Counted from the whole stretch's first letter, positions 38,115-51,668 are shown. The stretch: DNA of 63,390 nucleotides, filler included, from Rhabdomonas costata (GCA_019059605.1; 45 parts of 45 records of this genome joined end to end with filler, not necessarily neighbours in it), one strand, 5' to 3'. Numbers and translations are program-made. Notes: a model not told the origin generated them from the letters alone.

Positions 38115-39425
38115 GGCTCGTCCGCCATCACCTTGGCCTGTATGTCCCCCTCCAACCCTCTTACAAACAAATACTGCAATTGCGCGTCGTTGTCGAACCG
38201 AGTCCTTGCCAAAAGATTTCGTCCCGTGATGAACTGCTGGTAGTAACTCTGAAAATCTCCGTTCACCATTTTCAAGTTCTCCAGCCTCCATACAATGTTG
38301 TAGTCCCACGTCGACGGACAAAATCTTTTTCTCAGCGTACTCGTAAAGTCTACCCAATCGCTGAAAGTCTGATTCGGGGCAATGATTCCCCTTGCAAACG
38401 AGCCCAAAGCTCCCGTCGCATACACAATTGCAACTTGATCCGGCACTCTCCGAAAATCTTTCAATTCTTCCACTGCAACTAACCACGGAAGAAAGTTAGC
38501 TGCATTACCGTCGTACCTTGGAAACTCCGGATCTTTTTCTTGAAGCTTCCGCAAAGCTCCTGCCACTGCCTCTGACGGGCCTGGCACAACTGTGACGGGC
38601 ACTGCCGCTGTCTCTACAACTCATCCACTCGAACCAGACGGCAGCCCCCCTGTAACTCTTAATCTCTGCACCAGACTGTCTGTCAATTCTTGATTCGACT
38701 TCTGCTGCGCTTCCAGCTGCCGAAACAGCGAAGCTGCATGCAACAAGAAAGTCTGGAACGCTTCTGGCGTCTGGGGCGCACTTTCTCCTGACATCTTAAT
38801 TCAGCTCAGCCACAACCAATACACACAAGCTTTTTTTTGCGCTGCCCAAGTGACAAAATCACCTGGAACAGGAACACCACACTCAACCCAACACAGAGCA
38901 CGGGGTCTTGTTTGCAACTCAGCAACCGAGGAGCGCAACAACACTCTTTTCCCACTTGCAAATGCAAGATGGCTGTCCCCCCTCTCTGACTTCGGCTTGA
39001 CTCGCTGAGTTCTGTCCCTCTGACCCTTCATCCTCTGTGCAAACTCGCTAACTTCCGCGACTCCTGTCGCAACTCCTCTGAAACCACTCAGGGAGTTCTC
39101 AACCTTTGGCTTTACTCTGTCACCACGTGTCACGAAGTTGCACGCGGTTCCTCTTCTCAGCTGTGCGCTTCCTCTTCTCCGCGCTGGACACAAATATCTC
39201 TGCTTATGCTCTGCTTCCACGTGTCACACACTGACGCGTGGTTTCTCAACTCAGAGCTGCGCTCTTCCGCACTAATCAGCCTCTGCTACCACGTGTCACG
39301 AAGTGATACGTGGTACTTCAACTTCGAGGTGCGCTCCACCACACAAAGTCGAATTATTCCACCTCTGCTAGCACGTGTCACGCAGTGATACGTGGTATTT
39401 CAACAACGAAGTGCGCCCCACCACA
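38115..39425 (-). mobile_element. Ty3/Gypsy-type LTR retrotransposon 5' part: gag/capsid (~38794-38115, frameshifted near 38610) plus upstream LTR/leader
   Basis: FPRYDGNAANFLPWL...VAIVYATGALGSFAR...WVDFTSTLRKRF...LENLKM..DFQSYYQQF...LFVRGL fits the retrotransposon gag pattern. Confidence 0.85.
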
Positions 39426-39525
39426 NNNNNNNNNNNNNNNNNNNNNNNNNNNNNNNNNNNNNNNNNNNNTTAATTAATTAANNNNNNNNNNNNNNNNNNN
39501 NNNNNNNNNNNNNNNNNNNNNNNNN

Positions 39526-40715
39526 GTTTGGTCTTCCAGGAAGTTGTCAAAACGATGAAGAAGCCAGTGATTGCCGCGGTCAACGGGTTCGCCTTCGGAG
39601 GGGGCTGCGAGCTTGCCATGTGTTGCGACATCATTGTTGCCTCTAAGGCGGCGATGTTTGGGCAGCCTGAGATTAAGATCGGAACCATTCCCGGGTTGGG
39701 GGGCACCCAGAGGTTGGTGCAGGCCATCGGCAAGAGCAAGGCCATGGTGTGGACTTGTGTAGGGACAGATTGCATATTCCTCCGCGCTTCGGGTGAGGGT
39801 GAACTGGAAATTTGTACGAATATAACGGAGCGGTCACCGAATTGCTGGAAATTATGCAAAACAACAAGTTGCAAGAAATGCCACGTTGTGTCTGTGCATG
39901 TATGAGAGTTGATTTTGTTTGGCTCTATGAACCTTTTTGCTGGGGGGAGGGGCTAGTGCAACGGTGACTAGCATAAATCTGCTCAGTTTTATGTGAAGCG
40001 GGCGAAAAATGCAAATGACGATTTTTTCACTTGGGCCAGTCCGGGTTTAGTGCTTGAAACACAATTTTTTTTTTTGCTTTTCTGCCACTGAGAGGGCAAG
40101 TAACTTACTCCCTTTCTGCCCAAAACTTAAGGAGCTTGTGCTGACCGGGGAGCCGATCACGGCGGATCAGGCTGAGAAGGCCGGGCTGGTGAGCCACGTG
40201 GTGGACCCTGACAAGCTGATGCCCAAGGCGATGGAAATTGCCAACCGCATCGCGGCGCTTTCGAAGCCCATTGGTGTGTGTTTGTGTGTGCCATAACATC
40301 TCCTTGGCATTGGTTATCATTAGCAGATGGCGGAAACTATACAACACCGTATTGACTTGAACAATTCTCCCTCCCTCCCTCTCAGACACTTCCAGTGAAG
40401 CACAAAATCTTCTGATGCCCCCCGTGGTGAACAAACCACGGCTGTCCCAATGTTATCTCCACCGATTATCGACACAAAAAGCGCCGCCGCCAACGAAAAA
40501 CCCCAATACCCAGACTGTATTGAGCTCAATTTGTGGGGCTTTCCGCAGTTGCTCTGGCGAAGATTTCCACGCTGAAGTCCTGTGAGGCTGCGGGGCTGAA
40601 CGAGGGGCTGGCCTTCGAGAAGCGATGCTTCCAGTCCACCTTTGCCCTGGGCGACCAGAGGGAGGGCATGACCGCCTTCGCGGAGAAGCGCGCCCCCAAC
40701 TGGAAGGACAGCTAA
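39526..40715 (+). CDS. ECHS1: Short-chain enoyl-CoA hydratase (crotonase), 3' exons ~39526-39746, 40132-40273 and 40549-40715
   Basis: [25 protein letters not shown]...[20 protein letters not shown]...[14 protein letters not shown]...[17 protein letters not shown]. Confidence 0.95.
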
Positions 40716-42010
40716 AGTGGCCCCGTGGAACTAAGGGAGGACTTACCTATTCTCTGAAGGCTGTATTCTTACCTCTTTTTTTCCTTCGTTGCAACTCACC
40801 TTTGAATTCTGGGTTTGGACTTTCGAGTCGTGCTCNNNNNNNNNNNNNNNNNNNNNNNNNNNNNNNNNNNNNNNNNNNNTTAATTAATTAANNNNNNNNN
40901 NNNNNNNNNNNNNNNNNNNNNNNNNNNNNNNNNNNGTGTGGGGGGTAGGGTTGGTGCGGGTCACCGCCAGCTCGGTAAAGATGGGCAGCTTTCGCCACAT
41001 TGTCGGGGTTGAGCTTGGCGATCACACCTTCCGCTCCCAGGTTTCTGTGCCTGTGTTTGTGCAGGTTTCTTTCGCTGAAGATATTTGATTTTTTTGTCTC
41101 TGGACCTGTGCTGGTGTGGAGACCCAGTGTTAGCCTCGAGCCGCAACTTCAGCAAAAACTAAGATCCTTCAGTGGTGGATGATGCTTTCGATGAGGCTGG
41201 GTCGGGAGTTATCAACTGATTTGTAACGCATTCCCTTCGGCACATATATTGGTTGTTGGCATTTTAGGTTTTGCGGTGCACTGGACACGTGACATCTCTG
41301 TGGAATTATACTTGCCCGTGTCGTGCCCGAGCACTGTATCATAACACACACACACAGCCACATCCGAAAGAAAAGCTTCAAGGGTGTTTTCAAAAAAGGC
41401 CCCAGCCCCCCAAGGAAGGAGTGTGGAGTCGCAGAGACCTGAGCAGCAATGGAGCAATGCAGGTAGCCGCTGGAAAAGAGCAGCTGCGCGACAATGGCCC
41501 GGGACCCGTGGGGCAGAAGAGAGGTTACCATATGTGGAACCTTCGGCGGTGAGGCGGTTCCGGTTCCCCACGGCACCGTTCGCTCCAACAGCACCTCTCG
41601 CGAGCACCCGTGGCCACCAGCGCGTGCGCCTGTCAGTCCACAGTGGTCACCAACAACCAGGCAACCAGGCAACCAGGAACAGTAGTCTCTAACATTACGC
41701 ACAGTGTTTGGCTGTGTGATCGTGCAACACCAATGCCTCTGTCGGTTGTGAAGGTGTCGCAATGCCTCGGGTCGCCACCAAATAGGTGAGAGGACAAATG
41801 GACTCCTGTTTGACGTGCAACTTGACGAACGCTGCTTTGCTGGAAGACTGCAGAGGTGTATTTGCGAAACATATGGGGGAATATTGAGGTTTCGGTCTGT
41901 CTGGAAACCCTGGTACTCTGCAAAGCCTCCCGCCAGGGCAGCAATTCCATATCGGCGTCGCCTGCCTTCTACAGTCATCCTCTTGGACACACCGATTGCA
42001 AACGTGCAGG

Positions 42011-42180
42011 TGTTTTACACGGCGAACGAGGAAAACTCATGGGTTGCGATCAGCTTTGGCCGTCATCGGATCTGCCCCACGCACTACACGATGGCCCACC
42101 GGGTGGCGGTGGCGATGTACTTCGCCCGGTGTTGGACCTTCGAGGGCTCCATGAATGGCAAGCAGTGGACTGTCCTGAGG
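42011..42180 (+). CDS. Exon of a galactose-binding-like/F5-8C (HECTD1/BTB-associated) domain
   Basis: YTANEENSWVAISFG..ICPTHYTMAH....ARCWTFEGSMNGKQWTVLR resembles HECTD1 HTNDDKNAWFAIDLG...PSAYTLRH...RNWVFQVSKDGQNWT. Confidence 0.7.
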
Positions 42181-42346
42181 GTCTGCTCATGTGGATGCAG
42201 CTAGAACGTCCCGTTTCCATTAATTAGAACAGCCGCACAAAAACCCNNNNNNNNNNNNNNNNNNNNNNNNNNNNNNNNNNNNNNNNNNNNTTAATTAATT
42301 AANNNNNNNNNNNNNNNNNNNNNNNNNNNNNNNNNNNNNNNNNNNN

Positions 42347-43656
42347 TTTGTGGTGGCTCTCGATCTCTGTCTCTGTCTCAGGTTCTGTCGTGCTACCTGT
42401 TGTTGTTGGTCTCACTGTTGGTCTGTCTCACGTTGTGCTGTCTCACGTTGGTTCCGTTGCTGTGCGTTGCGTTGGTTGTGCTTGGAGTGGGTCTGACGTT
42501 GTGCTTAGGTTGTGCTATTGTGGCCTGCGTTTGTGCTGTCCTGATGTCGTAGGGTGGTTGTGTTGGGCTAATCGGGTGCTGTGCTGTTGGTGTGGGTCAG
42601 GTGTTGCTGTGCTGCTGTGTGCTTGTCCTGTTGGTGCCTGTCCTGGTGTTGGGTTGGAGGGTCGATGCATGGTGTCAGGTTGTCATGGTTACGTGTTGTG
42701 TATGTAGTGCTATGGTTGGCGTGGGCTGTCAGGATGTCGTGGTGTTGGCATGGTCGGAGGGTCGTTGCGTGGAGGTTCAGGGTCATGGTGTGTTTGTCTT
42801 GGGTTCGTGCATGTTGGCTGTAGTGCTTGTAGAGTGGTGTCATGGCGAAGGGTTGTTGGTGGTCAGGGAGTCGTATGTTGCGGTGTGGTTGTTGGTGGTA
42901 GCGTTGTGTGTGGTCTCACATTGTTAGTGCTTGTGTCGTACTGTTGTGTGTGTGTTGGTGGGGTTTAGGGCCAAGGTGTGAGGTTGAGGGTGTGTTTGTC
43001 AACGAATCGATGGAGTAAGAGTGAGCGTAAGGTGTCAGGGTGCATGGCTGTAGTAGGGTGTCCAGGGGAATAGAGTGTAGGCATCGTGCTTACAACCCAC
43101 CCTACCAGCTGTGAGAGTGGAAGGTGCGAAGAGTGAGAAGCTGAACCCTTACCTTCTATCGCGATGCCATCCGGCGCACACTCTGAAACCCTACTCCGAC
43201 TCACTACTACGGATGGCTCCACTGCATGACCCATCCTTCGTTCTACCACCCTCTGCGCATGCTTGAGTGAGAGCGTAACCTTAACCCTTACCCTGAGGTC
43301 TTCCTCTGTGGCTACGCACGGAAGGATCTCCACGTACGCACATTATGGTGGGGGAGTGGAGAGGAGTGACACGTGGTGGTTAAAGGCCTTTACTTGTCAG
43401 GATGATGCCATTCACTGCGTTCAGGGCTCATCCTTCCTATCCTATTCGCTACGCTCATGCCTTCTATCCACATGCCCTCTCACTACTACGGCATGATTGC
43501 TACGCACTCATGCCTCCGTGATGGTAAGGGCTAAAGGGTGTAAGCATCCAACCAGCTTTGTCTATCCTACTCCGCTACCGCTCCGTCACTCTGTCTTACA
43601 TCCTACTCCGCATGGCTCCATCGCTGCGCTCAGACCCATGCTTCGTACCCACAACC
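42347..43656. repeat. Second, inverted copy of the repeat family at 24004-25314, extending into a GT-rich tract
   Basis: Reverse-complement similarity over ~1 kb. Confidence 0.9.
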
Positions 43657-44540
43657 NNNNNNNNNNNNNNNNNNNNNNNNNNNNNNNNNNNNNNNNNNNN
43701 TTAATTAATTAANNNNNNNNNNNNNNNNNNNNNNNNNNNNNNNNNNNNNNNNNNNNCGGTACAACACCGAAGTACAGTGGAGAGTGGAGACATCGAGATG
43801 CATCGGAGGGCCGCAACCGGAACGAGAAGAAGAACACACAGAGAGACGAGCACTCGTAGACACACACAGAGAGATAGTGGTGTGCACTGGGCGAACAGCG
43901 AAAATCCGGAATGGTATTCCATGTCAGCACAGAGAAGAGAAAATCGGATCGGTGCACTGAAATTGTGGGTGTGGGGCAGGCTATTGCCCTGGGTTCAGGC
44001 AGTGAGGTTCCAGTGACGGGTGGGGGGAGCGAGTAAGCAAACCAACCTCTATCACAAGTCTGTCGCATGATGCTGCTGATTCATTTTGGACGGTCACAAA
44101 TCCGGCCAGCGTTGCAATTAAAATGACGGTACTCTTCCTTTGCATATGCATAAGTGATGGAGGGGGGCTTCAGCTTCTTGTAGGGACAAAAAAAAAGGTA
44201 GTGGAGAACAAATACTAATCAGGCCTTATCTGTAAAAAAGGCCTCCTGAGTGACAGCTTGCCGTCTTTCCTGCCCCCCCCCCCTGTTACCTTTCCCCATT
44301 TTGAAAAATAAATGCATTTAGAGGTGGTTGACCCAGTTTTCCAAACTTGCACTAAAATAAACACTGACAAAAAGTGACAAATGACAGACGCTGAGCACCA
44401 GCAAATGCTTAGCGGTGTTTATCATTTAACGTCCCCCCCCCAAAAATACAATAGTGCCAAAGAACATATGCAAAGTCCGCGCGGGGGAGCACACCGCAAC
44501 GGCGATGTAAATCCCCATCACAGACACGGTGGGGCTGAAC

Positions 44541-44709
44541 CGGGGGTACGTCATCAGAGGGCCTGTGGTCCATCGCGGCACTTCGGGCTGCCTCACCGTG
44601 CCCACCTCCAGCCACTCAATGGTGGCTAGCGCTCGGGCAGCAGTGTCCGAGGCCGAGTCCGCGCCCCCCACCACGTAGAGCCTGGAGCCCACGGCGATCA
44701 TCGCATGCC
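44541..44709 (-). CDS. Kelch-repeat protein, internal exon
   Basis: GHAMIAVGSRLYVVGG...IEWL...WTTGPLMTYPR fits the kelch consensus; AG/GT borders. Confidence 0.85.
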
Positions 44710-45597
44710 CTGAAGCAGGTGCCCGAAAATATGGACCAGATGCAGACAGCATATGAAGGGTAAAAAACCAGGGTTGACGCGCAGCGAAAACCCTGCCACC
44801 CGCGTTCTTCTTTCTTAAGGTTCCTTCCCTGAGAAGATCCCTCGCTATTGATGCTGGAAAAGCAACGGCCACGATTACTGAAACAGGTCTTCCTGGGCGG
44901 GTGAATAAAGTCTCTACGAAAAATGCGTGTGCAAATACTGGCATATCAGCTGGCGTCGTCGTGATTCGTCCCTAGAAAGGTATGGGGGCAATATATAAGT
45001 TCGCCTATCATGAATACAACGAAAGAGGAAAAAACGACTGATTTGATGGAAAAGTACAACACCCACNNNNNNNNNNNNNNNNNNNNNNNNNNNNNNNNNN
45101 NNNNNNNNNNTTAATTAATTAANNNNNNNNNNNNNNNNNNNNNNNNNNNNNNNNNNNNNNNNNNNNTGGGTGTGGGTGTGGGTGGGTCCCGATCTCAAGG
45201 CCTGACTCTGGATATCCCTATGACTATGGAGAACCACGGGGAATGTGGCGAAGCAAAACTGAGCGGGCAAGTCAAGCGTAAAACCACACGCAGGTGTACC
45301 TGGATCATTGAGACGTCATTCGCACCTAAAAGAACAGAAGAATAAAAATTAAAGATAAATGAAAGCAGACCCCCAAATGCGACTTTGAAGGTGTTCCGCA
45401 ACCGATTTTCTTCAAGGCATTGGCGCTTTCTGTTCCCTCAGGACAGTTTACGCCAGTGGTCCTCCTGAACAGTGAACATCTTATTTTTTCGGATTTATGA
45501 TGCCTGCTGCTGCCCCCGTGAAGGGCTTCTGGAGAGCTAACGCTGTGAGACACACATGTACACGGACGCAGAGGGACAGAGGGGGGTGCGAGAGTAC

Positions 45598-45762
45598 CGT
45601 CGCCGACGGACACCGCGGTAACCCCGAGGCGCTGGAACAGGGCCACCACACGGGCCTTCTGCATGGGCGTGACGCGGCAGCAGATCGCGCTGGAGACGCG
45701 GAGCCCAAGATCCTGGAACTTCTGCTCGTGCTCATGGCCCAAGACCAGCTCCAGCGCGGCAC
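45598..45762 (-). CDS. P4-type ATPase (phospholipid flippase), internal exon
   Basis: GAALELVL...FQDLGLRVSSAICCRVTPMQKARVV...TAVSVGDG matches the P4-ATPase CCRxxPxQKA...GDG motif. Confidence 0.92.
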
Positions 45763-47986
45763 CTGCGCGGTTTGGAGGGTTGTAGGTGAGTGCAGCTGGG
45801 AGATGATAGTCCTTCTCAACTTTGCGCACGGGCAGTGTGAGCTGTGAATTTTTCTGACACTGGTGTGGATTCTTAGGGTCGCACCCGGCAGGAATGGACA
45901 CACACGGTTTCAAGGGCTGTCCCCCACACAACACTAAATACGCTTCAGGACACTCACAGACACACGGACACAGAGACACAGACACGTCCCCTCCAAGACA
46001 CTGGAATCGGAAAGCTCACCTCTTCACCGATCGAAACGTAATCACACTACGTGCACAAGGCATGGTTTTGGTGGAGGTCTTTGCTGCCTCCAGCGGGCTT
46101 TCGATTCTCCTCCGCTGCCTGGCCGCTTCTCGGATCACCCCTCGGGTGCTGGGAGGAGATTCTTGGGAAACCACAATGACGCATTCCACCGCGGTTCTCG
46201 CGAGCTCCAATCCTCTGCGCTCGCCCAGTCTGCTGAGAGCTCAATGATCTCTCTTAAATTCTTCTTCTGCATGGGATCCTCATCTCATGTTCTTCATTCC
46301 AAGGAGAGCCCCAGCCGTGGCGGTGTCCCACATTAAAATTAAAATTAGCCATACCCAGGGAGTGAATTTGGGTGGTTCAGAAACGTGAATCACTACGGAC
46401 CAACGCGATTGTGGCACAACATTGACACATGCCACGCCACGCATGCACGGCCCTTGTATACCGCACACACAACAACNNNNNNNNNNNNNNNNNNNNNNNN
46501 NNNNNNNNNNNNNNNNNNNNTTAATTAATTAANNNNNNNNNNNNNNNNNNNNNNNNNNNNNNNNNNNNNNNNNNNNGTTTTGGGGTCCTTTCCTTTCCCC
46601 AAAGTACCGCTTCAACATCCTGGACCTGGCGGAGGCCTGTGGGATGCTTGGATTCCTGATACCGTCCGTGACCTTTACCAATTAATTTCCTTTTGGTGGG
46701 TGCCTTCATCTTCTCTGAAGTGCTCAATTCAGTTCGCACCTCTGTCTGGTTCTAACTCTCGAACGGTTGCGCGGAGTTGTGGACATTAAGAAATATCAAC
46801 AACGGCAACGCGCCCCCCGCCTTGGGTTTCAGGTCTCACTATTTTCATCCTGGCTCGGTGGCATCTTCTCCATGCTAACCCCTCACCCAGCCCGACCCTG
46901 CCCTTGCGCTCTCGTTGCAAATTCTGTGCGCAGGCTGCCTCGAAAGTAGGGTCCATGCTGACCCACTACACCGGCCAACGCAAGCGAATTCCTGCCATTC
47001 AAGCTGGACATGTTAAAGTGGGCCGCCGTGAGCGACCGCAACGTGCAGAGGGAGGGGGGTGTGCACGCCTTGGAGAGGAGGAAAATCTCGCAGGGGTATG
47101 TAGTGATGCACGTGAACCTACGTCCATGTGTGCGTGCCCCCTCCTCCGCGCAACACTCCCTCGGGATCTGTGCTTTTTGCGGATGATGTTCTGTTGAGAC
47201 AGCTCGGACCATTGCGTTGATGTATTCCACCTTTCGCCGTTCTGTTTTCCGAAATAATCGGATTGGTATTTTTTTATCGTACACCGCTCCACTTTTCCCA
47301 CCACGCTGCAAGCCCTGGGCTGGGAGACGCGCACTTGCACATTTCCGTCGTTGGGGCACCGCTGCCAGGGGTATCGCGCGGTTGCTGAGTCCGGTGCACG
47401 TGGCCAATCAAAGCCATCAAAGCCCCTTGGTCCCTAGGATGCAGCGTTTGCAAGTCCCAGAAAGGCTAGGTTTACGACCAGCTTCTCAGCCTCTGGCTGC
47501 ATCGCTACACCCTGTTCTGGCATCTGAAAGGAGTGCATATTGGGCCTTTGGAGGGTTTTTTAGGCTTACCTGTATTTTCAAGGGCCTGGGGTGCGCCTTT
47601 TGGACCTTTGCAGGCGTACGGGGAGTGCGTAAGGCTTCGCACACCCAGGAGTTTTTCATGCTGGCACGGGAGTGGGCCGGAAAGTTTGTGTTTGGACTGT
47701 GACTCGCTCAGCAAAGTGCACATGCACTGCAGAGAACTCACTGCGAGCCACTGAGGCCTGAAGATGTTTACTTAGAAATTGGGACAGGTTCTACTGGGTT
47801 CGAGTAGAGCGATGTGCGCTAAATCACGCGTGAGGGGTATCCCTGCTTATCACTAATAGTACCTCTCAGCCCGTTAGCCACCACAANNNNNNNNNNNNNN
47901 NNNNNNNNNNNNNNNNNNNNNNNNNNNNNNTTAATTAATTAANNNNNNNNNNNNNNNNNNNNNNNNNNNNNNNNNNNNNNNNNNNN

Positions 47987-48359
47987 GTTTGGCGGCAATT
48001 TGGGAAGGGCATGAAATCACATTTCCCAGAGAAAAATGTCACAATGGAAAAAAAAAGGCGGGCAGGATGGGTTGCGAGTGGTGAAAATGTTGGCAGGGGC
48101 GATGGTTAGGAAGGGAGTCATGAGGAGGGGGGGGATGAAGATGGGAGTAACGAGCCGCCCGAATATACGAATTTCTCAGAGCAGCTGATGGAATATACAC
48201 GTCACTCGTGAGGGGCTGAGAGGGGTGGTGCACGCACGCTGGGGAGCGAGAGGAATGGAACAGAAAGGGGGGCCGTCCGTTTGGCGGCAATTTGGGAAGG
48301 GCATGAAATCACATTTCCCAGAGAAAAATGTCACAATGGAAAAAAAAAGGCGGGCAGGA
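47987..48359. repeat. 81-bp direct repeat (47987-48067 / 48279-48359)
   Basis: gtttggcggcaatttgggaagggcatgaaatcac...ggcgggcagga occurs twice. Confidence 0.9.
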
Positions 48360-49690
48360 GGGGGTGAGTAAGAAAGAGACTCATACGAAAAAAGAAAAAA
48401 GAAAGAAAAAGGGTTCCGGCCAAACATCTCTCCTCCGTGCCGTGATTCACAAAGTCGTGCCATCCCACGCAGACGCCTTGAACGGGAGTGGCAACGCCTC
48501 AAAGGATACAACATTACAAACCCGAAACCCAAGCCCGCACACAAAGGAGCACTGCAAGGATCCTTGAACTCTGTTAAAGGATTTCGCAATGCCTCAACAC
48601 GCACAAAAACCCCGTGGCATCCCCCTCCCCCAGAAAAGTTCCCGCCTTTCCCCTCCACGCGATATTAATTTGACGTCGCGACGGCGACCTTTGGTCTTTC
48701 ACTCCCACCGGTAATAAACTTCCTCATCAGAATCAGGGCAGCGCGAGCAAAACGAAAGAAAAAATCAAAGAAGGCACTGAAGCGGGGGGGGGGGGTAAAG
48801 CAGACGATGCTCTAGCCCGTTACTTTTCTTATCGGAAAGCATTCCGCAAAGATTGAGCATAGTATGTAGTAATATGCCGAGAACCCCTTCCTTCGAGGTC
48901 GATTTTTTGACAAGGACCTTTCAAGGGGTGGACCATACCAAGCCCCAATCCACAAAATGCCCCAATTCGCCACTATAGCGCGAGTGCTTGCTTCGCCGTC
49001 GGCTTACTTCCCCGTGTGAATGTGACATTTTCGGGACGAAATTAGTGACCCTACCCGTTTTAGATGAGATTTCCGACTATTGGTGAAAGTACAAAGACCG
49101 AGGTCGACCCGTAGGTGCTTCAGCGAAAAGAGGAAACTGAACTGAAGAGAAGCTCATGTGATGAATTGGACATCAAGCAGCCTTTCGGTGCAACCCTGGG
49201 GACTGTGCATGTGGGTATGCAAGGCGTTCTTCTTGACACAGAGCGATAGAAGCGGTGGGCTTCGTTTTTGGATCGCCCATCCCCTTCGCAAAAAAANNNN
49301 NNNNNNNNNNNNNNNNNNNNNNNNNNNNNNNNNNNNNNNNTTAATTAATTAANNNNNNNNNNNNNNNNNNNNNNNNNNNNNNNNNNNNNNNNNNNNGGGT
49401 TGTGTTGAAACCCACCAAAAACAAGATGAGGACCTGGATCAGGACCACTGGGTCTTGGTTGCAGAGTGTGTTCTACGTTTGTCCATTTGTGTGTGCGCGC
49501 GCGCATGTGTGCAAACCTGCACAATAACCGGAAAATGAAAAGCAGACACCATCATCTGACTCCACTCCGAACAAAACCCACCGACGGGAATACACGCTTG
49601 CACATCGTTACGAGGCCACTCCCTCAAAAATTTCGAAATTAACGCTCAAAAGCACAGAACCCTCACCACTTACACTCCTCAGGGCTCAGG

Positions 49691-49724
<34 letters not shown>

Positions 49725-51354
49725 CTGGTGAGGGTCTGACAAGCGAGTGACCTAAAAACAGAGACGTGAAGCAACACGGAGACAGCAAACACGAGGGGCC
49801 AATTCATTACTGGTGCGACTTGAGATTTGCATTTCTAACTTTCGGATGAGTTTCAAGGTCCACCAAAAAGCCAATGCAATGAGACTTTTCCAAACAGAAT
49901 GGCCAGTAAGTTCCAGGGGGAGATGCGAGGTTGGACAGGAAAAGGAGAGGGAAAGAGCCAGAACAGGAGGGGGAATGAACGAGGGAGAGGGAGAAAGAGT
50001 GCTGGACAAAAAAGACGGAGGGAGGCGAAAGGACAGGAGAGAGAGAGATGAGGAAGAGGGAGCACCGGTGACGCCTATAACGAAGAAAGTATGGTCAAAG
50101 ATGGGAAAGGAAGGCAATGATGCTACGGAGGGGTTTCGGTCAGTGTTCATGGATATTGGATCGTGGAAAAAACCCTCAAGCAGAACCCCAAGCACCAAGC
50201 AGGCCTTTTCTAGGCACACGGAGGAGGTGGATCATCACTCCACTCCGTGGAGGCTCTTATATGAATAAAATGTTGTGTGTACTGAAGCACTGGGCCTGTA
50301 GCTCGTTCTGCGATGCACTCCGTTTCCGAGGGGTCGAGGGGCGCGTTTACCCCGCACAGTGTTGTGTGTACGTGTGGGCGGGGGAATGTTAGCAGTGATG
50401 ATATTAAAATCGGGTATGATTCCCTCTTCCCCTCTTTCACAGCTACACTGCTGTGACATTTCCTTGGATTCTTCCAACAGTGTGCATAAAGAGGGGCGCG
50501 GGAGGGAAGAGGAGGGGGCATGGAACTTGGTTATCACACAACACACCTTGCCTCAGCGTCCCCGGGTGCTGGCCTTCCACTTCGCCCCACAGGCTCGGCA
50601 GGAGAAGTACTGGTACCCCTAAACATGGACGAAGGGCATGGTGGTAGCATAATGATATTACAGCATAATGGCCACAGTACCCCATAATACGGGCACCCCC
50701 CACACNNNNNNNNNNNNNNNNNNNNNNNNNNNNNNNNNNNNNNNNNNNNTTAATTAATTAANNNNNNNNNNNNNNNNNNNNNNNNNNNNNNNNNNNNNNN
50801 NNNNNTGTGTTGTGTTACACCGAGTGTCAGTGCGATGACTCGGTTCGGGAATTGGGGCGTTTGCAATTCTTCACATTTCTTCTCTCCTCTGTCTCTCTGT
50901 CTTGGCTCTTTCAGTATCATCGCTCCTTAGTCTTTTCCTTCCTTGGGGTTGAGTTTGCACTATTCACTGCGGAGAAGGGCACAAAGAACAAGTGAAAGGA
51001 TGAGCACAGCAACAGTCAATCGGGGGAAAGCTGTATGAGAGGAGAGTCAGACCAACAGACAGACTGACAGAGAGCGCAGCGCGGTCACTGGAAGAGTGGA
51101 AAGTGTGGACGAGTGAAGGGCGGAAACATGGAGAACGCAGAGAAAGCAACGGGACCCCTGGGTAGAACCCACGCAAATTAGAAGTTCCGAGTCGGTGTGG
51201 TTTGCTTTCGAGGTTTTGCTCAAACATGCGTAAGTGGCAATTTAGAATGCACCAGATGTCATCAGCCCAACGGAAAGTTTGCAGGAAAGAACAGCAGCGG
51301 TGCCATGCGCGCGATTGTGTGCTGTGAGTTGTCCGTTTCTGTATGCCACGGCAG

Positions 51355-51668
51355 GCCTTCCATCTGCACATGTTTCTGGACACCTTCAAGATCAAGAGCG
51401 CGGTGCTCAATTCGGAGCTTCCCGAGAGCTGCCGGTCCTCTTTCTCGCTCTTTTCCTTCCGCCAACTCCCCCCCATACCGGTCACGGCTGAGACCGATTT
51501 TTGACCAGCAATCTTGCGCTAATTTTTACGGTGGAGGTGATGGTGGTGGTAAGTGGCTCGGGGATGGGAATCAGGAATCACACTGTGGGACAGTTCAACA
51601 CGGGCGCGGAAGACATCCTGATCATCACCGATAGTGCGCTGGAGCTGGACGACCAGGCAGCCCGGAAG
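51355..51668 (+). CDS. DDX56: DEAD-box RNA helicase DDX56/DBP9, exons 51355-51434 and 51575-51668
   Basis: AFHLHMFLDTFKIKSAVLNSELPESCR|NHTVGQFNTGAEDILIITD matches DBP9 [25 protein letters not shown].H....FN...YDIIIATD. Confidence 0.88.

Noticed and set aside
39120-39425. Palindromic repeats with variable spacers as a CRISPR array
   Set aside because: The repeats are diverged, the spacers are irregular, there are no cas genes, and the context is a eukaryotic LTR retrotransposon
41169-41990. 273-aa minus-strand ORF
   Set aside because: It lies antisense to a plus-strand gene, runs through intron-like sequence and has no domain signal
46016-46210. ORF as an upstream P4-ATPase exon
   Set aside because: It overlaps the interspersed repeat also found at 35.9 kb and lacks the expected ALVIDG-type motif
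47987-48359. 81-bp direct repeat as element termini
   Set aside because: The first copy starts exactly at the contig edge, with no TSD or coding content; likely a local duplication or artefact
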